The notes beneath the pieces are model-generated. The model ran no database searches and had not been told where the DNA came from. It worked only from the letters and a program-made list of their open reading frames with translations. This document shows positions 17,002 through 26,375 of a DNA stretch of 64,000 nucleotides, in pieces (the first letter of the stretch is position 1; the number at the start of each line of letters is the position of its first letter). The stretch is taken from positions 124,001-188,000 of the IMG/VR virus record IMGVR_UViG_3300025770_001492. One strand, given 5' to 3'. The translations under genes were made by a program, and so were the position numbers.

Positions 17002-19028
17002 GTTATATCCTTTGCGCTTTGACAAATTTTATCTATAGATTCCTTTTTCATGTTCAAAATAGATTGAACTTTTCCTTGATTTGAAGAAACATCTTTTGCG
17101 TTCTTTATCCCAGCCTTCCAGAGTTTCTCTGCTCTGACCTTTCCTATATTTGCAATCCCACAGAGGGAGAGCAAGTGTGGTTTGACTCCATAATTAATTC
17201 TTAAACTTAGAGTCTTAAACCAATCTTTTTTGTTCCACTTGCAATTCATTTGATCTATTGCCTGCAAGACCTGAATCATCCTTGGAGCATCCCATTGCAG
17301 AGTTTTTGAAACTCCAGATATACTTCCACCGTGAATCCCATTCATGAGACAATAATACGCATATCCAAATTTTATCTCTGGGTCTTTGAACTGAAATCTG
17401 CCGTAAGATTTTTGAACCATGCTTTTAAAGCCAGCCATGTCTTTCTTTTCAGCATTACTTATGATTCCCGCTCTTGCATTTTCTACGTTAGCAAGAGCCA
17501 TGGCCACTCTTAAATCATTGTCTTCATATCCGCCATCAAACACATCTTTAAAGTTTCTTCTTAAATCAGCAACATCAAAAGGACTGAAGTAAAACAAAGA
17601 AGCAACTGTTCCAATGGCAGTGGCTTTATAGATGCCATTGTCTTCTTTTATTGCCCTGCATTTCAAAAGCATATCAATAGTAGAATCTGCTATTTGGTCA
17701 TCTAGATCCTTCGCTTGAAAGGATGCCAAGCTTTTTTCGTACCACTTATGCAGATCTTTTTTATTCTTAATCGATCCGTGGTGAATTTCACTGACTAAAT
17801 GAAAAGCAAGAGTCTTGTACTTAGCTTTTTTTCCATTTCCAACATGTTCTAATAATCTAGACTCAATTTTCTGATGTGCTTTTAATCTACTTCTATGCTT
17901 TTCTTCATTGTTGTGAGGCAGAAGTATATAAACATCTCCACGAGGGTCATATCCAGGTCTGCCAGCACGCCCTGCCATCTGCCATATATCATACGTTGCA
18001 ACCTCTTGCATACCCCTGTGTACTCCGAGAATTATGACTCTACGAGCAGGCATGTTGAGACCCCAAGCAAGAGTTGAAGTGGCAACAATTATTTGTAAAT
18101 TTCCTTCACGAAATTTCTTTTCTACAGAATGCCTTTTGTTCTTATCTAAATCTGCGTTATGAAACTCTGCTTCATATCCAGCTTTCTCCAAAGCCTTTTT
18201 AACCATATGCCCCGTTCTTTTGGTATGGACAAAAACGATAAACTTGTCTTCTTTATAGTCGTTTATGATATTCAGGGCAGAATTTAGTTTTTCCTCTTCT
18301 ATAGACTCATACTTTCCTTGAGAAATATAAGATTCATAATGCACGCCCAAAGGACACGGCCTATATTCCGATTCAATTAAATACGTTTCTTTGCCTGTAA
18401 GTTGGTAGCTGATCCACTCGGCTATTTCTCCAACATTAGGCATAGTAGCAGACAGAAAAACAACTCTAGCATTGGGGGCGACTTGAGTAAGCTTCATCAA
18501 GCCAACTTCTAAATGATCGCCCCTGCCTGGTACGGTCAAAAGATGAGACTCATCAACGACGAGCGTTCCTATGTCTTTGAGCCACTCATTGTTTTCAGAT
18601 TTATTGTTCCTGCATCTGGAGTTCAACATCTCAGATGTCATCAGAACTATGTCTGAATTTTCAAGCTCTTTTTTTCTGGCCGCTGTCAGTCTGTAGTCGC
18701 CTGTACAAATGGAAAGATTACAATCTGCAAAGTGGTGATTGGGATCGGTCCAGTCGTCAATTTTCTCTTTAGCCAATGCTTTTAGAGGTGCTAAGAACAT
18801 GGCCTTGCCGCCACGCTCTCTAATCTCATGAGCCATGATCATTTCAGAGCATATGGTCTTTCCCGCTGATGTCTTTGCTGCAACGATGACGTTGCAATCC
18901 TTATCGAATAATTCAAATATCCGACTTTGAACCGGATTGAAATTTTCAAAAGGAAAGTTTGCGTATGAAGGATATTGCTCAGTAGGAACCAAATCATTTT
19001 GATCAGTCAGATTTTTGACTGGTGGCAC
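16998..19028 (-). CDS. Ski2/Hel308-like DEAD/DEAH-box helicase
   Basis: FNPVQ, TSAGKT, PLKALA, TGD, DESH, SAT, RPCPL, STLAWGLNMPA, QMAGRAGRPGYD, C-terminal HhH IGKVRA; GTG start with GGAG RBS. Confidence 0.9.
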   Translation of the reverse strand: MPPVKNLTDQNDLVPTEQYPSYANFPFENFNPVQSRIFELFDKDCNVIVAAKTSAGKTICSEMIMAHEIRERGGKAMFLAPLKALAKEKIDDWTDPNHHFADCNLSICTGDYRLTAARKKELENSDIVLMTSEMLNSRCRNNKSENNEWLKDIGTLVVDESHLLTVPGRGDHLEVGLMKLTQVAPNARVVFLSATMPNVGEIAEWISYQLTGKETYLIESEYRPCPLGVHYESYISQGKYESIEEEKLNSALNIINDYKEDKFIVFVHTKRTGHMVKKALEKAGYEAEFHNADLDKNKRHSVEKKFREGNLQIIVATSTLAWGLNMPARRVIILGVHRGMQEVATYDIWQMAGRAGRPGYDPRGDVYILLPHNNEEKHRSRLKAHQKIESRLLEHVGNGKKAKYKTLAFHLVSEIHHGSIKNKKDLHKWYEKSLASFQAKDLDDQIADSTIDMLLKCRAIKEDNGIYKATAIGTVASLFYFSPFDVADLRRNFKDVFDGGYEDNDLRVAMALANVENARAGIISNAEKKDMAGFKSMVQKSYGRFQFKDPEIKFGYAYYCLMNGIHGGSISGVSKTLQWDAPRMIQVLQAIDQMNCKWNKKDWFKTLSLRINYGVKPHLLSLCGIANIGKVRAEKLWKAGIKNAKDVSSNQGKVQSILNMKKESIDKICQSAKDIT

Positions 19029-19052
19029 TTCGACACTCCTTCAAATAATAAA

Positions 19053-19168
19053 AACTCACAGAGTCGGGAATCGAACCCGAATTAGGGAATGACCCTTTAC
19101 AGATCCACTATCGACGCTCGTGCCACACGATATAGGGTATTGAACCTTACACGCCGCATCTGTGAGCC
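19053..19168 (-). ncRNA. candidate tRNA-like RNA with closing stem and two T-loops
   Basis: CTCACAGA/TCTGTGAG closing stem, T-arm TCGGG-TTCGATT-CCCGA, second GG-TTCAATA-CC hairpin, U-run after the 3' end. Confidence 0.55.
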
Positions 19169-19187
19169 GAAAGCTCCACCACTTCTG

Positions 19188-19487
19188 TTACGCATTCTGT
19201 CTTTTCTTCTTATCAGAAGATTTTTTGAAAGATTTTGAATCTTCTCCATATCTCCTAATATTTTCTTTTTTAACATAATCTCCAACCATGTCAAGCATGT
19301 CGAACCATTCTGTACATGAAGAAGCGGCAGAAAGCCAGTTATCAACACTTCTTTCTCTTGATAAAAACTCTGCCGACTCTGCTTTGTCTCCACTCAGAGA
19401 ATGAGTGAAACGAATCGATAGATAACGTAGATCTTCGTCAGAAAGCTTTCTGACATACTCTTTTAAAACATTCTCAATCTTTTTCAT
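19188..19487 (-). CDS. hypothetical protein
   Basis: ATG ORF with GAGGGA upstream. Confidence 0.7.
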   Translation of the reverse strand: MKKIENVLKEYVRKLSDEDLRYLSIRFTHSLSGDKAESAEFLSRERSVDNWLSAASSCTEWFDMLDMVGDYVKKENIRRYGEDSKSFKKSSDKKKRQNA

Positions 19488-19502
19488 GAGTCCGTCCCTC
19501 TA

Positions 19503-19796
19503 ATGTTAGACCCTAGTGAATTTGAAAAAATAATACTTTCAAAATGGACAGAGTTCTTTGACAATAGAAAATTACTTTCTATTGCAAAAAAATTAGCAAT
19601 AGAAAATCTAGACATAGATTCCTCCTGTCAGATTACAAAGCTAACTCTATCTCGTTTTGAAAAACAAAAATCAAGTTTTTTATTATGGATAGATTATACA
19701 ATCCTAGAATATAAAAACAATATCACTTCGGCAACTAGCGAAATAATTTTGAACAAAGATGGAAAAACCATCCATATAAAAACAATTAAAAACTAA
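19503..19796 (+). CDS. hypothetical protein
   Basis: ORF fills the gap between divergent and convergent neighbours. Confidence 0.6.
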   Translation: MLDPSEFEKIILSKWTEFFDNRKLLSIAKKLAIENLDIDSSCQITKLTLSRFEKQKSSFLLWIDYTILEYKNNITSATSEIILNKDGKTIHIKTIKN

Positions 19797-20095
19797 ACTA
19801 CAGATAAAATGTGTTGTTCTTCTCCATTTTGCCCGATGGCTTGGTCCTCAAATATAAACTTATTTGTATCGGCGTTAAAACTCAATCCTAAATTGTAAGC
19901 ATCCATAGAAGCAGTTCTGCCGTCTTGGGTCGCTATCATCCAACAGTAATTGTCTTTCTTTACTAAATCGCCAACCTTGTCCTCTTGAACTGTCCCAATC
20001 TCTAGAACAATACCATCGGGTAAAATAAGTTCGACGTATCCCTCTTCTAAAAGATGACTAATTAGAAGTTGTTGAATTTTTTTAGATTTATTCAT
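19793..20095 (-). CDS. hypothetical protein
   Basis: AGGAG RBS, TAAATA upstream. Confidence 0.7.
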   Translation of the reverse strand: MNKSKKIQQLLISHLLEEGYVELILPDGIVLEIGTVQEDKVGDLVKKDNYCWMIATQDGRTASMDAYNLGLSFNADTNKFIFEDQAIGQNGEEQHILSVV

Positions 20096-20181
20096 GTTTC
20101 CACTCCTGTATTTAAGTTATGAGCTTCCTTCTTATATACAAATAATAAGAAAGGAAAACTTAAAAAGAAAACAAAAGATAG

Positions 20182-20649
20182 TTAATAAAAATTAACTGTG
20201 GTAGGGTCAATATATCCGTATTCAAAGCCTTCATAAACACATCTTTCAACACTCTCTGACTCTTCAAGATTACTTTTCATTGGCTTCCCTCCATCATCTA
20301 CTAACAAAGTCCAACAATAAATTTTCCTATTACCTCTGAGCATCTCCACAAGAGAGAGACGATGGCCGCCTAGAATCTTTTGGGCTAATTTTGCAACCAA
20401 GTTAAATGGTAAAAAGGGAGCATCTTTAGACATTACTTGTAATGTCTCTAAATAATGATTTTCATACTTTGCTTTGCTAAAATGTAGGATTATTCTATAT
20501 CCATCTATGGTGCAATCTGTAATTTTTAAAAAATTTAAATCATCTTCCCAAACTGGATCGCCTAAAGGAAAATTATAAGGAATTAATAAATTCCCCATAT
20601 TCTTCATACGATCAATTATTTCATCTAATTTAAGTTTTTCATAAGACAT
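20182..20649 (-). CDS. hypothetical protein
   Basis: GAGG RBS, TATATA upstream. Confidence 0.7.
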   Translation of the reverse strand: MSYEKLKLDEIIDRMKNMGNLLIPYNFPLGDPVWEDDLNFLKITDCTIDGYRIILHFSKAKYENHYLETLQVMSKDAPFLPFNLVAKLAQKILGGHRLSLVEMLRGNRKIYCWTLLVDDGGKPMKSNLEESESVERCVYEGFEYGYIDPTTVNFY

Positions 20650-20690
20650 AATGTACCTCAGAAGTATATATTGATAAGCATCTGATAAAA

Positions 20691-21767
20691 TTAAAATCTG
20701 TACTCAGTAGAGTACAGATTTTTTTCATCGTTCAAAGAATTTAAAAGGTCATTGTCGCTTAATCCCATAGATTTTATAGCCTCATCTAATTTCTCTTTAG
20801 ATTGTGATCTTGATAAATTAGACCACACTCCTGGCGAATCTGAATCAAAGATATTGTTTTTTAAACGAGCTAAAAACCAATTCCTAACTTGTTCCATCCC
20901 TTTCGAAAGAATATATTCCTCGTGAAAAAACCCTAAAAAGTACAAAACTTCATCAGGATCTAACCAAAGAAAAGATGACCAAGGATCATCACACTTGTAA
21001 CTTCTTGGAGCCATTGCCCAACTTGAAACGTCTACAAAATGCAACAAAAGTTTAATCCAGTTTTTGACCAAGAAAGGATTAACGCAACCATCTGATTCTA
21101 TTATTCTAAATTCTATAGTATTTCTATTCCTTCTGCATTTATGGTATGTGTTTAAAGAATAATATTTCATAGTTCCTAAAGAGTTTATTATCTCTCCATC
21201 TGAATAGTCACAATCGTGCTCAAACAAGTCTGTTAAACCGATAGCCTGACAATACCTATTTATTTTTCTATTGGCTGGCACTGAGTCCAAAAATACGCTT
21301 TCGCATTTGATCCAATATTTCAATATATTAGCAATTTGTGCGTCCGATAGGTCAGAAACATCAATATGACAATGAAAGGAACATCTCGAATCTACTCCCA
21401 CCGAAGTGTTGTCTTTAATAAATTCTACAACTTTGCAAACCTCTTCCAATCCATCCCAACCGGAAAGAACAGGAGAACAAAGTTCCATTCCACAACTTGA
21501 ATCCGGCTTCAGCCTCCAATTTTCGTTATCGTGAGTATGATGCCAGCCTGTAACCTGCACAGTTGAATCTAAATTAGACTTATCAGACTTTAAATAGTAA
21601 CTTCTCAAAAAATCGCTACATTCTTTAGAGAAATCCATCATTCCCAAGGGCTGTTCGCCTCGTTCTAAAGGGTTGCTCTTGAAATCCCTGCGATCTTGGG
21701 AGTTTAATTCAATTTCGACTCCAAAATTTCTTTTAGAGTCCGATTTTAATAAAAAGCTTTCTACCAT
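20691..21767 (-). CDS. putative amidoligase (COOH-NH2 ligase, Amidoligase_2-like)
   Basis: FGVEIE, W..KPDSS..ELCSPVL, CSFHCH, KYYSLN, TIEFR. Confidence 0.85.
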   Translation of the reverse strand: MVESFLLKSDSKRNFGVEIELNSQDRRDFKSNPLERGEQPLGMMDFSKECSDFLRSYYLKSDKSNLDSTVQVTGWHHTHDNENWRLKPDSSCGMELCSPVLSGWDGLEEVCKVVEFIKDNTSVGVDSRCSFHCHIDVSDLSDAQIANILKYWIKCESVFLDSVPANRKINRYCQAIGLTDLFEHDCDYSDGEIINSLGTMKYYSLNTYHKCRRNRNTIEFRIIESDGCVNPFLVKNWIKLLLHFVDVSSWAMAPRSYKCDDPWSSFLWLDPDEVLYFLGFFHEEYILSKGMEQVRNWFLARLKNNIFDSDSPGVWSNLSRSQSKEKLDEAIKSMGLSDNDLLNSLNDEKNLYSTEYRF

Positions 21768-21857
21768 GTTTTTTATTTTACATAATAAAATATTTGATTG
21801 CAACCTTGCTTTTCTTTGAGAAAAATGCAATAATCTAAAAATATATTGGAGAAAAAA

Positions 21858-22343
21858 ATGTTAACCAAAAAAGACCACAACTGCATATTGCTAAAAACCA
21901 AAGATAAAAGAAATTTCTTTACGTCTGAGAAAAATTTAAATTATCTAATAGAGTTTTCAAATTTTTTCAATGCTGAAATAAAGCATGTCAAAATTAAAAA
22001 AGGCGAAGTGCTTAATCTAGAAGAATTGGCTTCTGCAATTTCAAACCCAGATTATTCAGCAAACTTTGAATATGAAACAGTCGAATCAGTCCCTAAAGTG
22101 CTAGACCAAAAGGGTGTGCCTCGAAAAGAAAAAATGAGAAGAGCAGCAATCATTAGGAACCATATAAAGAAAGAATTCGAAAAGGGAAAGACTGTAGACC
22201 TTTCGAAAGTCAAGAAAAGATATGAAAGGTATGAGTTAAGCTCTGCATGTTTTTCTTCTCACATTTCTCATGTTAAAAAAGAAATGGAAAAACAAGGATG
22301 CAAAATCAAAAAAGTTGGCGGAGGGAAGTACGTTAAAATCTAA
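21858..22343 (+). CDS. hypothetical basic protein
   Basis: GGAG RBS; followed by a terminator. Confidence 0.65.
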   Translation: MLTKKDHNCILLKTKDKRNFFTSEKNLNYLIEFSNFFNAEIKHVKIKKGEVLNLEELASAISNPDYSANFEYETVESVPKVLDQKGVPRKEKMRRAAIIRNHIKKEFEKGKTVDLSKVKKRYERYELSSACFSSHISHVKKEMEKQGCKIKKVGGGKYVKI

Positions 22344-22366
22344 AAATAAGATTCTAACGCACCTAC

Positions 22367-22398
22367 AAAAAAACCTCGCCTTACGGCGAGGTTTTTTT
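22367..22398. terminator. bidirectional intrinsic terminator
   Basis: A7-CCTCGCC-TTAC-GGCGAGG-T7 between convergent genes. Confidence 0.9.
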
Positions 22399-22440
22399 GA
22401 TCACAACTAACCCAGTGATACGCCAACTCTCTTCAAGAGC

Positions 22441-23715
22441 TTATTCAGATTCTTCTGGCGTGAACTCATCACTATTAAATTGATCTTCTAATCCGAGATT
22501 CTTCAACACGTCTGCATCCTTGACCATGTCAACATTTTCATCTGCGATGCCCTCTGTTTTGAGATCGGCTGCTGCTAATTTGGAAGCTCCCTCCCAAATG
22601 GAAAGATAATCTCTTACCTGTTCTTCGTTTTCAGCATCGATAAGTGATGGGCACTTGAGGAGAATCTCTTCTGGGACCACACCCTCAGCAGCAGATGCTT
22701 TGAATGTGACCTCTTCCCCGCCTGCCCACGGTTCATTGACGATCCAATTTCCCTTGGGACTTGGTCGCTCAATCCTTTCTGCTTGCTTCAGGCTCATCAG
22801 AAGTCCTCCTAGAGGTGAGATTCCTTGATCGAAGAAAAGCTGAACACCTTCGACGACGCCAAAAGGTTTGAAAGCTCTATTCTTCTTGTTGCGGAAATTC
22901 AGATTAACACCACATGGGACTTCGTGCTTGTCAAGCATGTGCTTTGTCGCACTAGTTCTGAGACGACACGAGGCGTAGAAAGGGAGTGCTTTTCCACCAC
23001 CAGCAGTGGTTTCGTCGCTGCCAAACATAACTCCAATCTTTTGCCTAGTTTGATTTACGATGTACAGAGATGCATTGTGATCATTCAAAAAAGGATTCAA
23101 CCTTCTAAGAGCATCGCCTGCGGCTCTTGCTCTTTCTCCCGGTCGCTCTTTGGAACCTACAACTCTCTTAAATTCAGCCGCAGTATAGTTTTCAGGTAGC
23201 TCATTAGTTTTCCACTCTCGTTCCGTTGGAACAACAGAAATTGAGTCCCACACGAAAAGCTTTGGAATATCGACGCCGTAATGCTTTGTGATCAATTTGA
23301 TAGAAGTTCTAATCTTGGCTTCAACTTGCTCAATAGAGATCGGCTCATACGTTATAAGTTTATCAACATCTACTTTGGCTGCATTTTTTGCAAATTCAGG
23401 ATTTCCTGCACGTTCGCAGTCTAGATAGACAGCAATCCCTCCCATGCGTTGACAAGCACCAAGAACACAATTTCCCAAAAGGGACTTGGCCGATGCAGAA
23501 GGTCCATAAACTTCTGTGATTTGTCCACCTGGAATGCCTCCGCCTACGTACTTGCCAGAACAGATTCTATTTAGAGCTAAATTCCCGGTATCAATGAAAT
23601 ACTTTGAAGCTCCCACTTCGCTCATTATTTGACCTCCAGTCTCAGAAGCAAGCTCCTTCAGAAAGTCATCATCAGATTTAGTTTTAGTTGTTTTTTTAGT
23701 TCCTTTTTTAGCCAT
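22441..23715 (-). CDS. uvsX: RecA/UvsX-like recombinase
   Basis: IDTG..ALN, GGIPGGQITEVYGPSASAKS, YLDCE, WDS, NQTRQKIG.MFG..ETTAGGKAL.FYAS.R, KN. Confidence 0.9.
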   Translation of the reverse strand: MAKKGTKKTTKTKSDDDFLKELASETGGQIMSEVGASKYFIDTGNLALNRICSGKYVGGGIPGGQITEVYGPSASAKSLLGNCVLGACQRMGGIAVYLDCERAGNPEFAKNAAKVDVDKLITYEPISIEQVEAKIRTSIKLITKHYGVDIPKLFVWDSISVVPTEREWKTNELPENYTAAEFKRVVGSKERPGERARAAGDALRRLNPFLNDHNASLYIVNQTRQKIGVMFGSDETTAGGGKALPFYASCRLRTSATKHMLDKHEVPCGVNLNFRNKKNRAFKPFGVVEGVQLFFDQGISPLGGLLMSLKQAERIERPSPKGNWIVNEPWAGGEEVTFKASAAEGVVPEEILLKCPSLIDAENEEQVRDYLSIWEGASKLAAADLKTEGIADENVDMVKDADVLKNLGLEDQFNSDEFTPEESE

Positions 23716-23762
23716 AATTCACTCCGTAATTTTTGTTTGTTGTTGATTGTTGATTGTTGATT

Positions 23763-23795
23763 AAAAAAGAGCCTTGCCCAAACGGGCAAGGCTCT
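23763..23795 (-). terminator. intrinsic terminator
   Basis: AGAGCCTTGCCC/GGGCAAGGCTCT stem with U-tract on -. Confidence 0.85.
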
Positions 23796-23807
23796 AGCAA
23801 AGCTACT

Positions 23808-23904
23808 AGCGTATAGGATTCAAACCCATTAAGCCCAGTTATTATTTTAAGTTATTACTGGTGTTCCCTCTGTCAGGGCATGTGTCGCTCACCACATCGC
23901 CGCT
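23808..23904 (-). ncRNA. candidate multibranch RNA with T-arm-like hairpin
   Basis: AGCG/CGCT closure; hairpins ATGTG/CACAT, CCCT/AGGG, CCAGT/ACTGG, then GCTTA and ATGGG-TTTGAAT-CCTAT. Confidence 0.4.
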
Positions 23905-23916
23905 TTCGCTTCTGAA

Positions 23917-24903
23917 TTAACTGCTTAGATTTCTTAGTTCATTCAAGAAGTCATCATCAGCCATTGATTCTGTTTCTCCAGAAGTTGGCAACTCCGTTTC
24001 AGCGACAGCAACTGCGGCAGCAGCGGGAGCGGGAGCGGAGTCCAAAGGAGCATCTGTTACCGTTGCTGATGCAACTGTTGCACTCGGAGATGTTTGAAAT
24101 TCAGTAGGATCAAACCCACTAGAACCAGAGCTATCTTGAACCAACCCAAGATGAACTTTAAGCTCATGCTTAAGCTCATCTTCTGGCCTCAAGGCTCTCA
24201 GAGATGCAATATCGTGCAAATCTGTCATCCATTTTTCAATTTGATCTGGCTCACCTAATGGGCTTGGATCTAAGAATTTAGAATCGCTGTAATTAGGATA
24301 AGAATCACGACCTGATTGTCGCATCGTTTTGATTAACTTAAAGTCTCTGCCGTTTGTCGGATGAGTTACATCCCCCAAAGCAGCCTCATTGATCGATTTG
24401 TCGCCAACAATCGCTCGAATGATCATCTTGTGTAAAGTTTTACCAACAGACAAGATTTTGGGACCAACATTTTCTTCCATCTTTTGAGTCTGCTCATTGA
24501 ACACAGATCGAACAACAACATTGTAATAGTAACGCTCGATTGGCTTTATCTTTCGAGCATTTGCCTGCATTTGATTAGCTTCTTCAGGCGACTTCTTTTC
24601 CGACTCTTGCCACAGCCAATTATAATATTTGCAAATAGGACAATTATCGCCCTTCCATCGTGAACCGTCTAGTTCTTTAGGGCAGTGGCAGCTTTTGTTG
24701 TTTACTCTATGAATCCTTGTAGAGCAGTAGAAAGGATTTTTATCCCTGCCAAAAGCACTTGCTGGTGCTGGTGGTAGAAGCCTTAAAACTAAGGCCCCAT
24801 TGCCTTCTGGCATTTTTACAAAGTTTGCAAGATAATCACCTGCTTGTGATTCTGTTGATAATCGATCATTTTCTGCTTGTAGAGCACCGATGTCTAAAGT
24901 CAT
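23917..24903 (-). CDS. single-stranded DNA-binding protein (T4 gp32-like)
   Basis: LRLLPP, CHCP..CPIC Zn site, RYYYNV, GRDF.L, YPNYS.S.F, acidic tail DDDFLNEL. Confidence 0.85.
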   Translation of the reverse strand: MTLDIGALQAENDRLSTESQAGDYLANFVKMPEGNGALVLRLLPPAPASAFGRDKNPFYCSTRIHRVNNKSCHCPKELDGSRWKGDNCPICKYYNWLWQESEKKSPEEANQMQANARKIKPIERYYYNVVVRSVFNEQTQKMEENVGPKILSVGKTLHKMIIRAIVGDKSINEAALGDVTHPTNGRDFKLIKTMRQSGRDSYPNYSDSKFLDPSPLGEPDQIEKWMTDLHDIASLRALRPEDELKHELKVHLGLVQDSSGSSGFDPTEFQTSPSATVASATVTDAPLDSAPAPAAAAVAVAETELPTSGETESMADDDFLNELRNLSS

Positions 24904-24968
24904 TTTTGTTCTCCGTAGTTTTTAAAGGTAATGCAACGTTTGTTATAGTTTTCGTTGCGTGGTTGATT

Positions 24969-24997
24969 GTTATAAATAGTATCGTCAATAAGGTCAA
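24969..24997 (-). promoter_or_regulatory. sigma70-type promoter upstream of gp32-like gene
   Basis: TTGACC-N17-TATAAC on the minus strand. Confidence 0.6.
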
Positions 24998-25042
24998 TGG
25001 ACTTTAGTTATATTTTTATTTTATTTTTAGGTAGGCATCGGT

Positions 25043-25513
25043 TCAGTTTTTAAGGTCTGGCTCTGATGTTGCGAAACTGCATTCCGCCCCTCCTGCAAAG
25101 CCTCCAATAGTTTTCTTTTTGATTTGATTTTTGGCCTTTTCAACGGCTCCAGATTTTATAGCTTCTAGCTTTTCTTCAGGGGTTGTTGCACCTGTCGCCA
25201 CTAGTTCCTCGTTTAACTTTTTTCTATTTTCTGCTTGTTGGCCACTTTCTTCTTCTAAAGCTTTCAGGATCTCTAAATTCTTCTCTAGTTTTTCCATCAC
25301 TTCTGCATCCTTTTCTGGATTAGGTTCTTTTTTTCGGTATGTAGTAGACAAACCGGCTTTAGCGGCAGCTTTGCGAGCACGCTCTTGAGAATCTCTTTCG
25401 GCCCTTTTCTCCTTTGCCTCTTCACGAATTGCTGACCTGCGTGCCAGAACTCTCCCCTTGGCTAATTTTTCTCTTTTTTTCTTTTTCTTTTCTTGTTTTT
25501 TTAAATTGCTCAT
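25043..25513 (-). CDS. charged coiled-coil hypothetical protein
   Basis: GAGG RBS before MSNLKK; K/E-rich. Confidence 0.7.
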   Translation of the reverse strand: MSNLKKQEKKKKKREKLAKGRVLARRSAIREEAKEKRAERDSQERARKAAAKAGLSTTYRKKEPNPEKDAEVMEKLEKNLEILKALEEESGQQAENRKKLNEELVATGATTPEEKLEAIKSGAVEKAKNQIKKKTIGGFAGGAECSFATSEPDLKN

Positions 25514-25515
25514 AT

Positions 25516-26331
25516 TTACCTCACGCTTGGCATGTTGTCGCCAATTACGCCGCTCCATTGTAATTTTGAATCTGACTGGTCTTGGATCTGGACACCTCTT
25601 TCCCGATCCCCGATTAACTGTGATGTTTCCGTTTTGAAGAACTTATCTGACATTGCTTGTTTGTTGCCATTATCATCTAAAGTAAAATACTGCATGCCTG
25701 CGTATTGATTTCCAGCAGCTTTTTCTTCGTATATTGGATATTTTTTACCCAAAGTAAACCTAAGACCTCGACGTTTGGCATCTTGTGCTAACCCGTCTAT
25801 AACAGGATCGAACACCTCGTACCTCAAAGGAGCGTTTTTAAATTGCGACTTGCCTTTGGGACTAGGTGCTGTAGCCTGTGGGTGTGTTTTTCTAGATGGT
25901 GTGTTTTGCGACGATTCGTGTGGGAAAGGCACGCTGGCAGTCTCGGCCCCAGCAACCCCAAGCGAATTGATTAAATCAGGATTGGCATCAAGCAAGGCTT
26001 TGAGTTGGTCTATGGGATCACTTTGCTCAAGGCTCTCGCCTTTCAACGTTGACCCATCATCAAACTTAAACTTCCTATTTTTTATAACAATGCCGTCTTT
26101 CGCCTCTCTGAATGTTACGCTTTTTTTCTTAAATTCGCTTATCTCTAAACTTGTAACTAGAATACTTCTCCGAGCCAAGAGTGCCATTACTTTGCCAGCT
26201 AAATAATCTAATTCCACATCTTCCCACGCCTCACCTACAATTACCATGCCTTCTTTTGTTTCTTCTTTGTTATATTCTCCACGCTCTATTTCTTCGTGGT
26301 AATAGTATACAACTTCGTAACCCATTGACAT
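25516..26331 (-). CDS. hypothetical protein
   Basis: 271-aa ORF, GAGG RBS. Confidence 0.75.
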   Translation of the reverse strand: MSMGYEVVYYYHEEIERGEYNKEETKEGMVIVGEAWEDVELDYLAGKVMALLARRSILVTSLEISEFKKKSVTFREAKDGIVIKNRKFKFDDGSTLKGESLEQSDPIDQLKALLDANPDLINSLGVAGAETASVPFPHESSQNTPSRKTHPQATAPSPKGKSQFKNAPLRYEVFDPVIDGLAQDAKRRGLRFTLGKKYPIYEEKAAGNQYAGMQYFTLDDNGNKQAMSDKFFKTETSQLIGDRERGVQIQDQSDSKLQWSGVIGDNMPSVR

Positions 26332-26375
26332 TTACCTCTTTTACTATTATTTCTCTTTAAGATAGTTTGAAAAAC

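Noticed and set aside
23735-23762. TGTTGAT x3 upstream of uvsX, and AATTTTATGGT x2 near 39406
   Set aside because: Short low-complexity slippage repeats with no further support
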